Shown in pieces: positions 60,485-64,000 of a stretch of 64,000 nt of DNA. The translations under genes were made by a program, and so were the position numbers. The notes beneath the pieces are model-generated. The model saw only the letters and a list, made by a program, of their open reading frames with translations. It had not been told where the DNA came from and did not search any database. This DNA comes from Malacoraja senta (Eukaryota): contig CM075998.1 in NCBI GenBank assembly GCA_038087875.1, forward strand, positions 1-64,000, in the 5' to 3' direction. Numbering within the stretch: position 1 is the first letter of the stretch; every line of letters begins with the position of its first letter.

Positions 60485-62958
60485 TAAAGGGCTCTTGTGA
60501 GACCACATCTGTAGTATTGTGTACAGTTTTGGTCTCCTTATTTGAGGAAGGACATCCTTGTGATTGAGGCAGTGCAGCGTAGGTTCACCAGATTGATCCC
60601 TGGGATGGCGGGACTGTCATATGAGGAAAGATTGAAAATACTAGGCTTGTATTCACTGGAGTTTAGAAGGATGAGGGGTGAGGATGAGGACAAAGGGCTT
60701 AATTAGGAAAGGGAAAATAGATTATGAAAGGAAACTGGCAGGGAACATAAAAACTGACTGCAAAAGTTTTTATAAATATGTGAAGAGAAAGAGATTAGTT
60801 AAAACAAATGTAGGTCCCTTGCAGTCAGAAACAGGTGAATTGATCATGGGGAACAAGGATATGGCGGACCAATTGAATAACTACTTTGGTTCCATCTTCA
60901 CTAAGGAAGACATAAATAATCTGCCGGAAATAGCAGGGGGCCGCGGGTCAAAGGAGATGGAGGAACTGAGTGAAATCCAGGTTAGTCGGGAAGTGGTGTT
61001 GGGTAAATTGAATGGATTAAAGGCCGATAAATCACCAGGGCCAGATAGGCTGCATCCCAGAGTACTTAAGGAAGTAGCTCCAGAAATAGTGGATGCATTA
61101 GTGATAATTTTTCAAAACTCTTTAGATTCTGGAGTAGTTCCTGAGGATTGGAGGGTAGCAAACGTAACCCCACTTTTTAAGAAGGGAGGGAGAGAGAAAA
61201 CGGGGAATTACAGACCAGTTAGTCTAACATCGGTAGTGGGGAAACTGCTAGAGTCAGTTATTAAAGATGGGATAGCAGCACATTTGGAAAGTGGTGAAAT
61301 CATTGGACAAAGTCAGCATGGATTTACGAAAGGTAAATCGTGTCTGACGAATCATATAGAATTTTTCGAGGATGTAACTAGTAGAGTGGATAGGGGAGAA
61401 CCAGTGGATGTGTTGTATCTGGACTTTCAGAAGGCTTTCAACAAGGTACCACATAAGAGATTAGGATACAAACTTAAATCACACGGTATTGGGGGTTCAG
61501 TATTGATGTGGATAGAGAACTGGCTGGCAAACAGGAAGCAAAGAGTAGGAGTAAACGGGTCCTTTTCACAATGGCAGGCAGTGACTAGTGGGGTACCGCA
61601 AGGCTCAGTGCTGGGACCCCAGCTATTTACAATTTATATTAATGATCTGGACGAGGGAATTGAAAGTAACATCTCCAAGTTTGCGGATGACACTTAGCTG
61701 GGGGGCCATGTTAGCTGTGAGGAGGATGCTAGGAGACTGCAAGGTGATTTGGATAGGCTGGGTGAGTGGGCAAATGTTTGGCAGATGCAGTATAATGTGG
61801 ATAAATGTGAGGTTATCCACTTTGGTGGCAAAAACGGGAAGGCAGACTATTATCTAAATGGTGGCCGATTAGGAAATGGGGAGATGCAGCTAGACCTGGG
61901 TGTCATGGTACACCAGTCATTGAAAGTAGGCATGCAGGTGCAGCAGGCAGTGAAGAAAGCGAATGGTATGTTGGCCTTCATAGCAAGAGGATTTGAGTAT
62001 AGGAGCAGGGAGGTTCTACTGCAGTTGTACAGGGTCTTGGTGAGACCACACCTGGAGTATTGCGTACAGTTTTGGTCTCCAAATCTGAGGAAGGACATTA
62101 TAGCCATAGAGGGAGTGCAGAGAAGGTTCACCAGACTGATTCCTGGGATGTCAGGACTTTCATATGAAGAAAGACTGGATAGACTTGGCTTATACTCGCT
62201 AGAATTTAGGAGATTGAGAGGGGATCTTATAGAAACGTACACAATTCTTATGGGGTTGGACAGGCTAGATGCAGGAAGATTGTTCCCGATGTTGGGGAAG
62301 TCCAGGACAAGGGGTCACAGCTTAAGGATAAGGGGGAAATCCTTTAAGACCGAGATGAGGAAAAACTTTTTCACACAGAGTGGTGAATCTCTGGAACTCT
62401 CTGCCACAGAGGGTAGTTGAGGCCAGTTCATTGGCTATATTTAAGAGGGAGTTAGATGTGGCCCTTGTGGCTAAAGGCATCAGGGGGTATGGAGAGAAGG
62501 CAGGTACGGGATACTGAGTTGGATGATCAGCCATGATCATATTGAATGGCGGTGCAGGCTCGAAGGGCCGAATGGCCTACTCCTGCACCTATTTTCTATT
62601 TATCTATGTATCTATGCAGGAAAAATGTTCCTCATGTTGGGCGAGTCCAGAACCAGGGGCCACAGTCTTAGAATAAAGGGAAAGCCATTTAAGACTGAGG
62701 TGAGAAAAAAACTTTCCCACCCAGAGAGTTGTGAATCTGTGGAATTCCCTGCCACAGAGGGCAGTGGAGGCCAAATCAATGGATGGATTTAAGAGAGAGT
62801 TAGATAGAGCTCTAGGGGCTGGTGGAATCAAGGGATATGGGGAGAAGGCAGGCACGGGTTATTGATTGGGGACGATCAGCCATGATCACAATGAATGGCA
62901 GTGCTGGCTCGAAGGGCCAAATGGCCTCCTCCTGCACCTATTTTCTATGTTTCTATGT
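60485..62958 (+). mobile_element. Head-to-tail CR1 pieces (60485-60678, 60679-62615, 62616-62958)
   Basis: RT ORFs 60678-61697 and 61749-62420; two 3' tails. Confidence 0.92.
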
Positions 62959-62999
62959 AATTTATATTACATTATATGATATATAGTAGCATAACAAGC

Positions 63000-63895
63000 A
63001 GTTTCCCACTGCTACACAGGTGGGTTTAAACTAAATATTGTGGGGAGGAGATAAACTGGAGATATAAGGATGGAGTTAAAGGGAAAGTGAGTGTAAGAAA
63101 AGTTAAGAAAGACACCAGAATTAACGGGGCAGAAAGCTCAGGAAGCGATAGGAGAGTATGGTCAAGTGAAATAGGAATTGATGTGAAAGCTGAGGAGTGT
63201 AATGGATTAAATATATTATATATGAATGCACAAGATAAAGAAATAAAATGGATGAGCTTGAGGCTCAGTTAGAAACTGGCAAGTATGATGTTGTGGGAAT
63301 TATTGAGACAAGGCTACAAGAGGGTCAGGGCAGGGAACTGAATATTGAACGGTATACGTCCTATTGAAAAGACAGACAGGTGGGCAGAGGGGGTGGGGTA
63401 GCTCTGTTGGTGAGGATTGAAATTCAGTCCCTTGCGAGGGGTGACATAGAAACAGGAGATGTGGAGTCAGTATGGATAGAACTAAGGAATTGTAAGGATA
63501 AAAAGACCCTAATGGGAGTTATCTACAGGCCCCCAAACAGTAGCCTGGACATATGGTGCAAGTTGAATCAGGAGTTAAAATTGGCATGTAGCAAAGGTAA
63601 TGCTGTGGTTGTTATGGGAGATTTCAACAGGCAGGTAGACTGGGACAATCAGGTTTGTACTGGACCCCGAGAAAGGGACTTTGTAGAGTGTCTTCGTGAT
63701 GGATTCTTAGAGAAGCTTGTATTGGTTGAGTTGACATTCAGTCAAAGTTGACTGGAAAGATACCCTAGCAGGGATGACAGTGGAACAACAATGGCAGGTA
63801 TTTCTGGGAAGGTGCAGGATCGGTGCATTCCAAAGAGGAAGAAACATTCCTAGGGGATTAAGGGGTGACCTTGGCTGACAAGGGACATCAAAGAC
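63000..63895 (+). mobile_element. CR1 endonuclease-region fragment
   Basis: ILYMNA, GGGVALLV, GVIYRPP and GDFN motifs. Confidence 0.85.
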
Positions 63896-64000
63896 AGACA
63901 GTGTAGAGACAGTCTTTATGACATCTCAAGGTTTTAGCCCTCGATAGTCACTAATATGCTGGCTATGGGTCTTACACATTCCACGAGCTCAAAATGAGAC

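Overview
Repeat-dominated vertebrate genomic DNA. The CR1 tail types, an HE1-like SINE fragment and the Penelope-type short repeats suggest a cartilaginous fish such as a skate or ray (inference). The only host gene is an intact single-coding-exon ZBTB39 (35795-37909, +). The rest is nested mobile DNA: a decayed Ty3/Gypsy element, many CR1, L2 and Rex1-like LINEs, Penelope pieces carrying minimal hammerhead-ribozyme cores, non-autonomous Helitrons (one holding a 4.4-kb complex CA satellite just upstream of the ZBTB39 exon) and four endogenous-retrovirus (ERV) loci. The most unusual feature is a pair of related, independently integrated LTR elements (8350-13419 and 14762-23660, - strand, tRNA-Pro PBS). 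Neither has recognisable protease, RT or RNase H. Both have the order decayed gag / decayed integrase A / captured CR1 fragment / a second, different integrase C-terminus / gamma-type env. Their dead internal segments share a directional loss of C on the sense strand, whereas env stayed nearly intact in the younger copy. This suggests a chimeric non-autonomous, possibly env-supplying satellite retroelement. All alignments and boundaries were read by eye; LINE fragment ends are approximate.
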